A DNA stretch of 45,396 nucleotides from Octopus bimaculoides (GCF_001194135.2 NC_068984.1:38737475-38782870), one strand, 5' to 3'; positions 1-11,062 are shown, counted from the stretch's first letter. Program-made: numbers and translations. The notes: a model not told the origin generated them from the sequence alone.

Positions 1-31
<31 letters not shown>

Positions 32-654
32 TTACAAGAAAAAAGGCTGACAGTGATTTCGAAGTTTCTTCTAACTGATTGTTATCACACTGGTTTAGTT
101 TTTGTTTTCAAGCCCCGTGTATATAGTGTTCTTGGATGAGTTTCCTAAGATATTTTAAGCTTATAAATTTCTCCAACAGTCAAACACTGCCATCGGTTAA
201 AAACTACCTTCCCTCTCTGTAAATAATCGTAGATACAATAAGTAACCCCTATTAACAACGAACACTTTAAGCTTCCTCCACAAACTTCTTCAACATCCTT
301 TATAATTATCTTACAATTATCTGCAATTAACCACATAGGTATCCACAAACAGATTTTAACTAACCTTTCTTTAGAGTCACACACATATAAGATTGAAGTC
401 CGATAGAGATATTCTCGGATATAAACATCTCTTTATATCACCCTTAGAGAAGTACATATGTCACTCACCTAGTCCCATACACTCGAGGGCTAAGGATACA
501 CATATGTGTTCAAAATCTATAATCATTTGGTTGCACCTGGAGGCATGCCACTATGTAAGTATATTCAGATATAAATGTTTATAGCCTTGTAGATAGGTTA
601 TGCATATGTTCATTCGTGTGCATATTTGATTAATGTATTTTTATTACTTGCTCA

Positions 655-667
655 CATGTGTGTGTAA

Positions 668-702
<35 letters not shown>

Positions 703-746
703 TCGATGTGTATGTATGCACGTATGTATGTATGCACATATATATG

Positions 747-824
<78 letters not shown>

Positions 825-835
825 TATTTGACACG
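655..835. repeat. Compound microsatellite (TG)n/(TATG)n/(TA)n/(CA)n
   Basis: Directly visible. Confidence 0.95.
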
Positions 836-1511
836 ACATAAATAATGATTACATATTTTTCTTTATTATAGTAAATTTGACTGTATGTCTGTATATATGT
901 ATGTATGTGTGTGTGTATACGTATGTATGTATACAAGGTTGTACATATGCATGGGATTTTTATATTCTTTAAGCATAGATGTAGTCGTATGTGTGTTTAT
1001 GTGTGTATACGTGTACATGCGTGTGCGTGTGTATACGCGCGCGCGCGTAAATTTCGATTAAATTTCTTTTTCAAACCTTCAGAACTAAGGTAAGGTAAAA
1101 AAAAATATCTCGCTGTTCTCCGCGCACTAGATGATTTATTACTTGTTTTGGCAAGCATCAGCGCGAGTAGCTTTGACTGAGGAGACAAACAATATGGTCG
1201 AAACACCAGAATGTCTCAAAGTCCCTTTACACTGGTGAATCACGTTTACTATGAATTCAGTGTCTAAATGGAGATATCCTCCGGTGACGAAGAACAACAG
1301 CAATCACATATTCACGCTTGAATCTGCTAGAATGTATTGAGAATGAGTGGATGCGATATTGCTGGGATTTTCGCTTGCATCTCATGAATTAAGTCTTCTG
1401 TTAGTTCCTACATATACAAACGCTAATGGCTGACGTATAACTACACCACCCAATATCTCACACACGCATACGAACAGCTAATTGTTGTCTTTGTTTACGC
1501 CAATAGCATTC

Positions 1512-1514
<3 letters not shown>

Positions 1515-1596
<82 letters not shown>
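1515..1596. repeat. (TG)n microsatellite, about 41 units
   Basis: Directly visible. Confidence 0.97.
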
Positions 1597-1597
<1 letters not shown>

Positions 1598-1884
1598 CGC
1601 TTCCAGGCCAGATTCCAAAAGTGGCTGGAACGCTTGGACCTGTGTATTGTTGCACAAGGTGACTATTTCGAAGGAGATGATTTTAAAACTTAAGTAAATA
1701 AGTTATTTTTTATTAAATATAACTAGTCTGGGAAGCTTTTGATATCACCCCGTATATCGCACACATACTTTTACCAGCACATTTCCGCAGCATGGCATAT
1801 TATTTACACACAAGACTTTATCGATTCTAGTTTTATATATGGTGGCTGTGTACTCCTTATGCAGAGTCTGACCACTTCTTCAAC

Positions 1885-2875
1885 TTACACTTTAGATCCA
1901 TCATGGCGTCTGATGTGGCTTTTTAAACCAGACAATGTATTGAAAAGACACCCACATAGATTGCATATCTGATTTGGACTAACAAGAGCTGCAGTTAAGA
2001 GTCTGATCTTTGTAGATCTTAAAATGTCTTTTAGGGCCTCTGTTTTGTTTGCAGATCTTATAGCATACACGGCATTGAAAGGTGTGCACAGATATATAGG
2101 CGTAGTAGTGGGTGCAGGTTCATTTTTCATGGGTCCGCAAATGAGATTTAAGCCCAGCAAAAGAAAGGCATGGTCTGTCAAAAACTGTGCATACAAAAAG
2201 GTCACTGAGATTCACCTTCTCGATCGCAACATTCTTCTTTAAATTTCTCTTTAGTCTTGCATGTCATCCTGGCCTCCTCAAAAGCTTTCACTCCACTCCA
2301 CGCTTTTGTTCGCCATCCAACTCGATCTGAAGCACGGATTTCTATGGCCTTTAGATCTATTCCAAGTGACTTCACGGTACTGCTCATGTCGTCCTTAAAC
2401 CTCCTTTTAGGCTTACACCGATTGCGTTTTCCCTCTGCCAGCTCGCCATAAAACAGCTTGGGTGTGCGTTCATCCGCCATTCGAACAATATGGCCAGGCC
2501 ATCTCAATTGATTTTTCAGAATCATTGATTTAATTTAAGTGATGCCTGCAGACACAAGGACATCTGTGTCTGGAGTAAAAAAAAAAAGCCCCAGTTAATG
2601 TTTAAAATGCTGCGAAGGCAGTTTTGGTGGAATCGTTCTAACAATTTGAAATGTCTTTCATAACACGTCCAGTCTTGAGGTACTTCCTCAGTTATCCAAC
2701 AATGACAAATTAATATATTTAAGAGTTCAAACATTTTGTCACCTCCATATTTGAAGACCTCTGCACAGATTCCATCAGACCCTGGAGACTCATTGTTATT
2801 CAGCTTATTCACAGCTAAATAAATGTCATTTAGAGTTGGTTCAAATGCCATCACCTCTGGAAGGTATTCGATTTT
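1885..2875 (-). mobile_element. RTE (BovB-like) LINE, internally deleted, with degenerate C-terminal C2H2 fingers
   Basis: Translated motifs SPGSDGICAEVFKYGG..EVPQDW, LLERFHQNCLRSILNINW, QLRWPGHIVRMADERTPKLFYGEL.EGKR..KPKRRFKD, then C-x2-C...H-x3-H units; frameshifted. Confidence 0.9.
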
Positions 2876-2955
2876 ATGTTAATGGATGATAGTCTATTCA
2901 AAAGTGCAGGAAAATGTTCTACCTAGCGCTTATGAATGTCAGTATATATTATAAG

Positions 2956-3332
2956 AGCTGCAAAATTATCATAGACCTGTTACTCAAAGTTTCACGTTCC
3001 CGTTCGTCGGAGAGTTGTGATAAATACGGTTGCGTACGCAGTGAGAGCTGGCAGTGACCTTCATGAGGCAATGTGCCGAGTGACATCGTTGTGTTCACTT
3101 CGCAAGTTGTGAAATTTATTCATCACAACTGTACTACTCTACTGGAACGAATGGTTAATAAAGATTATATAATGTCCAGTTTATATCTTTATATATTCAC
3201 AAATGTGTTAACGAATGGAAAGTAATTTCATTTTAAATAAAAATCAATGACTTCTATGAATAATTAATCACAACTCTCCGACGAATGGGAAAGGGAAACT
3301 CTGAGTAACCGTTCTGTGATAATTTTGCAGCT
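2956..3332. mobile_element. MITE-like element with about 66-bp terminal inverted repeats
   Basis: 2956-3021 (agctgcaaaattatcataga...ttcgtcggagagttgtgat) is the near reverse complement of 3267-3332. Its interior 3134-3265 recurs at 4441-4573. Confidence 0.75.
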
Positions 3333-3504
3333 TAAATAAAAAGTATATTACTCTACTGGTGGTATTCGAGTACTATTTTTTCCACCTTGCTTTGCACTTA
3401 TGTGCTCAGTTGTGTGTATGCATATATATACATATATATATATTGTTGAAAAAAGATTAAGGACATATACAAATCAAATTTTTATTTCCTCCATCTTTTA
3501 TATA

Positions 3505-3931
3505 TTTCCTGGTGCTAAATAACAGTAACAATCGTCCTGACCAGAACTGCCACATTATGCTGGCAAATAATCTTTATTCTAGAGTACTGTTACTGAGCGT
3601 CTCTCGTTGAAAGATTTAGAAATAATAATTTTCTATTTATTAGGTCAATGATTGTGTGTCACTTTGAAAAGTATATATTTCGAACAAGAGTTTGGTGACG
3701 CCATCTCTGGCTGAGCAGTTATTCTGTACTAATGAAGAGAAATAACCCAGAAACCATTGGTACGCAGATATTGCTTTGAGCTGAGTGGAGACGCTAAACT
3801 CCCTTGTTAGAAAATATAAGGACGCAAATAGTGTGGCGTATAACCAGCTGGAGACGATGTTTCCTGAGGCTTAATAACAGTAACAATCTTCCTAACCAGG
3901 ACTGCCACATTATGTTGGCAAATAATCTTTA
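3505..3931 (+). repeat. 72-bp direct repeat pair (3505-3576 and 3860-3931)
   Basis: tttcctg..gct.aataacagtaacaatc.tcct.accag.actgccacattatg.tggcaaataatcttta occurs twice, offset 355 bp. Confidence 0.85.
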
Positions 3932-3979
3932 CCATATATATATATATATATACATACACACACACACACACATACAATC

Positions 3980-4108
3980 ATATAAGACGTTTCCGCCTAC
4001 CATATCTGCTCACAAGGTTTTGGTCGGTAGAAGATACCAACAGTAGGACTGAATCTGGAGCCATATATTTATTTGGAAAGCAAACTCCTTACCACATGGC
4101 CACGCCCG
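3980..4108 (-). mobile_element. tRNA-derived SINE, family A (degenerate)
   Basis: Reverse complement of the ggcatggctgtgtggtaagaagtttgc...ccttgtgagtggatttggtagacggaaac consensus also seen at 20050 and 24922. Confidence 0.65.
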
Positions 4109-4440
4109 CGTCATATGTATATATATGTTCTTTTCAATAAACTACGCTCATATAATTCCTATAATAATTTATATCCTACGAAATTATGTACAATACATCA
4201 AGATATAACATGACAAACAAAAATTTATAAACGTTGATCATGATTGGAAGAAGCGAGATGAAGATCTGTGTGAGAGAGTGGGAGAAGGAGTGGGAGGGGT
4301 GAAAACGAACTGAGTGCAGTCAGCATTGAGCATCTGAAATGCATACAAACTATATTTTCGAATGACAGTAAAAATTATTATACATTATAATATTAAAGAA
4401 TGTGTATGACCACTAATTCACTGCGTATGTACGATGAATA

Positions 4441-4573
4441 TACTACTCTGCTGGAACGAATGGATAATAAAGATTATATAATGTCCAGCTTATATGTTTA
4501 TATATTCACAAATGTGTTATCGAATGGAAAGTAATTTCATTTTAAATAAAAATCAATGACTTCTATGAATAAT
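4441..4573 (+). repeat. Second copy of the interior of the 2956-3332 element
   Basis: tactactct.ctggaacgaatgg.taataaagattatataatgtccag...caatgacttctatgaataatt is nearly identical to 3134-3265. Confidence 0.85.
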
Positions 4574-5408
4574 TTCTTACTTCGCAGACCGAACTGTTGA
4601 ATTTCATGAATATAATGATATCCAGTACAAACAAATACGAATTTAATACTTGAGATGTTGGATTTTTTTATATCACAGTGTTATGGCTTCTTCTATGCAA
4701 TATATAGCCTCACTATAACCAGAATTTACTACACAAAAGTTGCAGTGTTCTGTATTATAATGTTTCTATTGATAAAGACTAAGTCGACATTTTTTTTTAA
4801 TACACAACCAACCCTGAAAGATATAAAGCGAACTATTTTCATGTCGTGCATTGAATGAAAAACAGACGCAGAATTCTTTAAATATTGGGCACCGTTACCA
4901 TCATACCTAACGCTTGATATATCTAACCTAAAAATGAAAAGCTTCTAACGTTAGAAAATTAAGTGTTTCTGTTTTATCCAGTTTTTTTTTTTTTTTCTTG
5001 ATTGGTTCCCTAAATAATCGTTCTGGTGTATCTGAAGTTTTTTGCTTGTAGTTTATTAGTTTTTCTTTTTGTGCTTTGTTTTGATTTTTCTTTTCTTTTT
5101 CTTTTCTTTTTTTAATGTTATTCTGATAAGTTACTTTGTTATATTGCAAACAGTAGATTCCGAAGAAACTAGTGATTGTCAGCGTCGTCAGTAAGTGATA
5201 AGTTGGTTTGCTGTGGAGAAGAGAAAAAGTTTGACGATTCGAAGGGTACTCTTTATCGAAGAGTAACGGTACTGAATTTATTCAATCAATAGCATCAGAT
5301 AACATCACTCTCCGACGAATGAATCTGCTTGCATGTTAGAATTTTCGTGGTAAACCGCGAAATACTCGTACTTTTGAAACATTTGTACTTGGAGACAAGC
5401 TGAGTGAA

Positions 5409-5520
5409 GGCGGCGAATTAGAAGAGACGCTAGTGTATCCGATAGAATGCCTTGCAGTATTCGTCTCGACTCTCCATGCTCTTAATTCAATTCCTGCCAA
5501 TTTCAGTACTGAGGTGGGGT
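5409..5520 (+). mobile_element. tRNA-derived SINE, family B head (degenerate)
   Basis: ggcggcgaattagaagagacgctagt...gaatgcc...aattcaattcc resembles the family B head at 7917. Confidence 0.5.
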
Positions 5521-5814
5521 GAACTCTCTCTTGCCACTTTCTCTGTACAACAGTCACAAATAACCCCACATCTTTCGAAATCGAGGTAGTACCATCATCG
5601 GTGGTGATGTTGGTGCTGGCGCTGTTGGTGGTGCTATAGCCGTCGTCGTTGCTGTTGGATTTGTTATCGGCGCTATATTGACTGTTGTTGTCATTGTTAT
5701 TATTGTTTTCATTATTAGCAGTAGCATTAGGGATGCTGTTTCTGTTTCATATATATATAAAGTTAAAACTTACTTGCCGCTTTGGAATCCTCCGCATAGC
5801 AGGTCTTATTTAAT

Positions 5815-6380
5815 TTGCTTTGCGGTTTTGAGAAGCCTAATTTCTCAAGATGTGTGTTACATATCCCAGGGTCCCAATAATTACAGGTATAAACCTGAAC
5901 TTGTTATCTGAATAGAGTAACTGCAGATTTCTCAATAGTTCAGAGTCGGTATTCTCTTTTTCACTGATATTCAGCTTTATGTTAACATCCGCTGGGCAGC
6001 TAGTTTCCACAACTGTGCACAGTTTCTGTCCCTATCCCAAATCATTATATCAGGTCTGTTGTGCTTACAGTTTATTGAGATCTTCACTGGGACATTGCGC
6101 CAGTACTCCTTTTTATTATGAGTGGCTATGGCTTCTACCATACAGCGAGTTCTTATTTCTTTTTTCTTTGTCCTCGGGGTTATCTTTCCGACAGATTTCA
6201 TTATGGAGTGTCCTAGCTGGGTGATAATATTCGGTATTAACTCCACAAAGTCTGCATCGGTAGACACATTTTACGGCTTTTCCCGCATCTCTATCCCTTT
6301 TGTGCCTCAGGTACTTGGTTGATATTTTATGTTCCTGAATTGCAAACACATACCCTTCAAAGTGGGAGGTAGTAACCCGA
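5815..6380 (-). mobile_element. R4/Dong-like non-LTR retrotransposon 3' fragment (CCHC knuckle plus restriction-like endonuclease)
   Basis: Frameshifted translation: TSHFEGYVFAIQE..ISTKYL, CRLCGVN, KHNRPDIMIWDRD, CTVVETSCPADVN..ISEKEN..LLRNLQLLY..FRFIPVIIGTLGYV. Confidence 0.88.
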
Positions 6381-7805
6381 TGTGTATGTATGTATGTATG
6401 TATGTATGTATGAATAAAATAGATTTACTACATAGAATTTTAATTTGTTTATTCATAATTTTACAGTACCCTTGTGTGTTTGGGAAACTTCAAATAAACC
6501 ATAATAGTGAAAACGAAATATTGTTACGGGCAATTTTTGTTGTTATTTCTTCACTTCTAACAGTTTGTTTTACGTAAAAACAAAATATGATTTAATGAAG
6601 GTGATAATCTCAAATTGTCTGTTTTCTGATGTTTGGTGTTGATAATATTATACTTCAGCAAATTTACCTTTCATAATTCGAGATCGATCAAATTAATTAT
6701 ATTATGAGCGTGTGATGCCAATCGATTCTGTCTGTCCTTTACAAAATTCGCTTTATACTTCTGAAAACATCGAAATTTTAGTGAAAACAAAATTGAAATT
6801 AAAACCTCGTTTATCACTTAAAGGGTTAATGGATCACTACCCAAAATTTCGTCTGTGTGATGTGTCGAGGACATCTCAGCTTGGTAGCAAGGGGAATAAT
6901 CTGTGTATTTGACGCTTGTATTTCAGATTGTTGTGTTTTTCGACAACGAAGACTAAAAGATAAATCAACTCTGAGAAAATTATGCGGATTTTATCTGGTA
7001 ACTCTATCAAGTTATATGAGAATTGTTTTGTGGAGTACTGACCGGGAGCTCGTAAGAGACGAACTGTAGACACACTAGTCCGTAGAAAAGGGATTGCCGG
7101 TTAGGTGCGGCGCATCATAAACTCTCTCACACGTTGTAGATAATTAACACAGAATAAACCACACTTTAACTCATTCTCGTTTGTGGTTATTTTTATGTAT
7201 AGCTTAACAAAAGATATAGTTATTTATTTTTATCGATTATAGAAGGATTGGAAGGCAAAGTGATCTCTTATCTTCTATAACGCTGTTACATTCAAGATGC
7301 ATTACAGGAATATTCAGTTGAACCATTACGTGAATGGGAGTTTATTTTATTCATCCCAGAAGAATGAAAGGCAAAGTCTGACCTAAACAGGATTTGTTCT
7401 CAAAACGTCGGGGGCCGTAACTAAATACTGCAGGCATTTTGTCCGAACCCCTAAAGATTCTGCCAGTCGAGCAACTCTGACAGGATTTGAACTCAAAACA
7501 AAAAGATGAAACTAAATACTATAATACTGGTGCATTACTGTTTCTCTTGTCAGCCTATTCCTTCTTAGCCCCAGGTGAGCTTTTACTGAACAGATTAAAA
7601 GTGCTTCAGTCTTGAAAATTTCGTTTCTTTTTCTTAGTCTCGTTTATTTGTTTATGTTTTCCTACTCGTAAAGTATGTAAACTTTATTATCCAATGTCTT
7701 CCTCTCTTTTAAGACGGCAGGGTGTAATTTGAAAGCGATTTGGCTACTAATTCTAGCAATTCGCTTAACCACCTGGAAGCCTTCTCATTGGATAGTCTTC
7801 TAACG

Positions 7806-7888
7806 CAGCGTTTTTCAAACTTTTTGTCGTGACCCATTTTATCTCGCGACCCACTGAAGGGTCGGGACCCACGGTTTGAAAAACGCTA
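7806..7888. mobile_element. 83-bp hAT MITE with perfect 8-bp TSD
   Basis: TIRs cagcgtttttcaaac / gtttgaaaaacgcta; TTCTAACG at 7798-7805 and again at 7889-7896. Confidence 0.93.
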
Positions 7889-7916
7889 TTCTAACGTTTA
7901 TAATATTTATTAATCA

Positions 7917-8131
7917 AGGTGGCAAGCTGGCAGAATCGTCAGCATGCCGGGCAAAATGCTTAACGGCATTTTATCCGTCTTTACGTTCTGAGTTTAAATT
8001 CCACCGTAATCGACCTTGCCTTTCATTCAATTGAAGTCGATAAAATAAGTAGCAGTTGTGCACTGGGGTAGATGTAATTGACTTTCCCCTTTCCCTCGAA
8101 ATCGCTGGCCTTATGCCAAAATCTGAAACCA
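7917..8131 (+). mobile_element. tRNA-derived SINE, family B (CpG-rich copy)
   Basis: ggtggcaagctggcagaatcgtcagc...gagtttaaattcc...gccttatgccaaaatctgaaacc; the same family recurs at 19565, 19795, 32625, 36060 and 40706. Confidence 0.85.
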
Positions 8132-8465
8132 ATATTTATTTATCAAGAGCGGCATCCAGAATTTGTAACAACTAGAGAGAGTTCACGTCGCTGACAATGG
8201 TAATTGTAAATCCAGGAGATCCCGTTGAGTATCAGTAAGTTCAGTTGCCGTGAGACATGGAAAAACCTGAGGTGTTAGAAATAAAGCTCTCAGACAAGGA
8301 TATGACCTAAAGCATCAACTTTTAACCAAATTATTTGTAAAGGGTGTTTTTTATCTGTTTTGTTTTTTTCATGATCTTTACTAAGTCATTACATTAGTCA
8401 TCTTCGTATAATAGCCATAAACGAAGAAATAGATTTTTTAAAAGTTTGCATATATGTTTGTATAT

Positions 8466-8705
8466 GTATTAGACTACCCGTGGCCCGTTGGGTCACCTGG
8501 AAAGTCTGAGTTTCACAGCAACGGAATTTTGTTTGGTGGGTTTTTCTTTTCTTTTCCAGGTTATTTCGCATGCTTTCAACGAATGTGACATCGAAATCAC
8601 ACGTAAACGGCTCCTTTCCCCAGAAAAGGAAAGATTTGACCGCTATTTCTTGCATGCCCTGCTACCACGTAACAGGTATTTCGGGTCCTTTATCAGAAAT
8701 AGTTT
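8466..8705 (+). repeat. Dispersed repeat family E, copy 1
   Basis: tattagactacccgtg...gggtcctttat aligns along its length with the reverse complement of 18475-18722. Confidence 0.85.
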
Positions 8706-9074
8706 GAGTATTATTAAGATGCGTTTGTATGTATGTATGTATGTATGTATGTATGTATGTATGTGTAAAGTGTATATGTGTGTGCATCAGAGTAGGATGG
8801 CTAAAATCGATGGAAGTACCTTGTGATAAATCTAGCTGTCTCAGGAGTTTGCTCCATTACACCCAAACTGATATCACCATTCGTCTTTTTCTGGGTCCGA
8901 TATAAAATAGGTACCAGACAAATTATTGGGATTGATATAATGGATGAAAATTCTTGAACGCATTGCCCTAGCATGAGCGCAAGTCCAGTGAATAAAACTA
9001 GCGAAGGAAGAAAAGAAAAATTGTTATCTATATGCCACCCTTGTTTCAGAGTATTCTATAATATTTTTCTGTAG

Positions 9075-9290
9075 GAATTCGTTTACTGTTAGAGATAACT
9101 TCTTATAGACAATTCCTCTGTGAGAAGATACTGGGTGGGGGAGAAGAGTGAGATAGAAAGATTACAAAATCTCAAGGCAATGGATTTATTAAAGGAAAGA
9201 GAATACCGGAAGTTTATTTCTAAACTAGTGCTCTTTGCACAGAAAAGTATTGATTTCTTATTAAACACAAGGTCACACATTTTGTTCTGA
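9075..9290 (+). other. Candidate orphan coding exon or pseudo-exon (...EKSEIERLQNLKAMDLLKEREYRKFISKLVLFAQKSIDFLLNTR...)
   Basis: Two acceptors (tttttctgtag| 9074, cttcttatag| 9108). The frame from 9109 is open to TGA at 9288-9290 with helical-looking composition. No homology recognised. Confidence 0.3.
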
Positions 9291-9587
9291 GCGGGGAATG
9301 TGATTGTGTAATGTTCGTCAAGCTTGCATCAGGGACGTGAAATAGCTATAAACAAGAAACAAAAAGCGACTGTATGATTTAACAGCATTATCCAGAATGA
9401 TTAATGAAAACAGTTTTAAATCTGGTTTTGGTTTCTAAGTGACAAAATAATTTTGGTAACTGCTGCAATTGGAGATTACAATTTGCTGAAACTGATTGGA
9501 AGAGGAGAGAATGAAAGAGAGAGAGGGGGGTGAGTGAGTGAGTGAGTGAGTGAGTATGCAACTATGTATATATATCTTTTCTTTTCT

Positions 9588-9790
9588 CTTTCACTTTATT
9601 GGACTGCAGCTATCTTGGGGCACCACCTTGAAGAGTTTAGTCAAACAAATCGACCTAGCACTTATTTTTAAGTTTAGTACTAATTCAAGTCGTCATTTTT
9701 GCCGAACCTCTACATTACAGGGACGTTAACAAACAAACAAACACAGGTTGTCAAGCGGTGGTGGGGGTATAAACATAAACATAAAGATAC
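9588..9790. mobile_element. SINE-like family C copy
   Basis: ggactgcagctatcttggggcaccaccttgaagag...gccgaacc...ggttgtcaagcggtggtgggg; the same family occurs at 18985, 34470 and 43950-44620. Confidence 0.75.
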
Positions 9791-9807
9791 ACACACACAT
9801 ATATATT

Positions 9808-9955
9808 TACGGTGGGCTTCCACACAGTTTCCTTCGACCAAATTCACTCACAAGGCATTGTGAGAAGACAGTTGCCCTAGATGCTGCGCCGTGGGACTGA
9901 ACCTGAAACTACATGGCTGCAAAGCGGGTTTCTTAACTACAGAGCCATGCCTGAG
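9808..9955 (-). mobile_element. tRNA-derived SINE, family A
   Basis: cacagtttcc..ccaaattcactcacaaggc...gggactgaacc...cagagccatgcc is the reverse complement of the family A consensus. Confidence 0.75.
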
Positions 9956-9984
9956 CCTATGTATTTGTATTTATGTAGTGTCGT

Positions 9985-10060
9985 ATGTGTATGTATGTGT
10001 GTTGTGTGTGCGTGCGCGTGCGTGCGTGCGCGTGCGTGCGTGCGTGCGCGTGCGTGCGTG
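9985..10060. repeat. (GCGT)n/(GT)n alternating purine-pyrimidine tract
   Basis: Directly visible. Confidence 0.9.
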
Positions 10061-10389
10061 TATTACTTGCTGGACCTAGAGGAAGAGGCAGTGTCCTTGA
10101 CCAGGGAGTTTGATGCCGTTAATTTAAACTATTGAAACTGTTAACTCTGCTGCAGGAAAGACGTGAACAGAAAATTACAGAGCGATGATGTTCTGGGAAG
10201 GAAAGACTGATCATAATGGTTAGTCCGCAGACCTAGGAGACTGGATGCAACGAGGGTAATGTATGTATATGTATACACACACAGAGACACACGCAGACGC
10301 GCGCGCGCGAAAAGAAGAAGAAGAAGAAGAAGAAATGTTTTTTTTTATATATATAGTATATCTAGGACCACACTGTCCAATGTGTAAGT

Positions 10390-10715
10390 CCTTTTTAATG
10401 ACGGCTGGTTGTAATCTGAAGGATAGTAGACAACTCTCACTAGCACATGCTCTACATGAGGTCTGAGTTTCCCAGACTAGCTCTACATGAAGAGGTGTAA
10501 GGGTGGACGTGGGCTGATTAGCGTACAGGAATGCATCAACAATGAAAGAAGAAACATGGCAGAATATTTGATAAATATCAAACAAGACCTGCGATAGTAT
10601 GCTGCTAATGCAGAAGGATTTACCAACAAAGGAGTTGAGAGTGCTAATGAATTCCAATCACGAATAGCCAACGAGAGAGAAGAAACTCTTCTCCGCATGA
10701 AATTATATGGTCTGT
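10390..10715 (+). mobile_element. R4/Dong-like retrotransposon RT C-terminal fragment
   Basis: Translation ..HALH..LYMKRCKGGRGLISVQECINNERRNMAEYL..EFQSRIANEREETLLRMKLYG contains the LY..R..GGRGL motif typical of this group; in-frame stop present. Confidence 0.8.
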
Positions 10716-10909
10716 AAAAAGCATTACGGTGAAATTGACAGTATATAGATTGCTAGAAATAGGGACCAATTCACCACCAACTCGACCCGCCTATTCCGTC
10801 TTCGGAAAATAAGTGCACAGTTATCTGCGTAATGGTCAAATTAATTCAAATGACACGAAAGACCTGAAATATTATCAATTTTGTTTAGTATTTTCAGCAG
10901 TCAACATAA

Positions 10910-10913
<4 letters not shown>

Positions 10914-10950
<37 letters not shown>

Positions 10951-11062
10951 AACAAACAAACACACACACACAAACAAACACACACACATGCATACATACA
11001 CAAACACACACATACATACATACATACATACATACATACATACATACATACATACATACGTA
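10914..11062. repeat. Compound (CA)n/(CAAA)n/(TACA)n microsatellite
   Basis: Directly visible. Confidence 0.95.

Noticed and set aside
40-600. Possible Penelope-like remnant at the window start
   Set aside because: Only a vague resemblance; no GIY-YIG or RT motif could be read.
1083-1089. 7-nt microexon-like AACTAAG between ccttcag and gtaagg
   Set aside because: Not a multiple of 3, no supporting neighbours, and such matches are expected by chance in AT-rich DNA.
5157-7051. Spliced peptide IPKKLVIVSVVNCC... resembling the Rho GTPase N-terminus (IRKKLVIVGDG)
   Set aside because: No P-loop (GDGACGKT) follows; the similarity is limited to a few residues.
8176-8234. MVIVNPGDPVEY resembling PAK-family MVVDPGDP
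   Set aside because: No kinase-domain exons found downstream.
8488-8826. Paired ORFs MGHLESLSF... at 8488 (+) and 18427-18702 (-) that look like a small gene family
   Set aside because: They are two copies of one repeat; differences are mostly CpG transitions plus compensating indels, consistent with neutral decay rather than protein selection.
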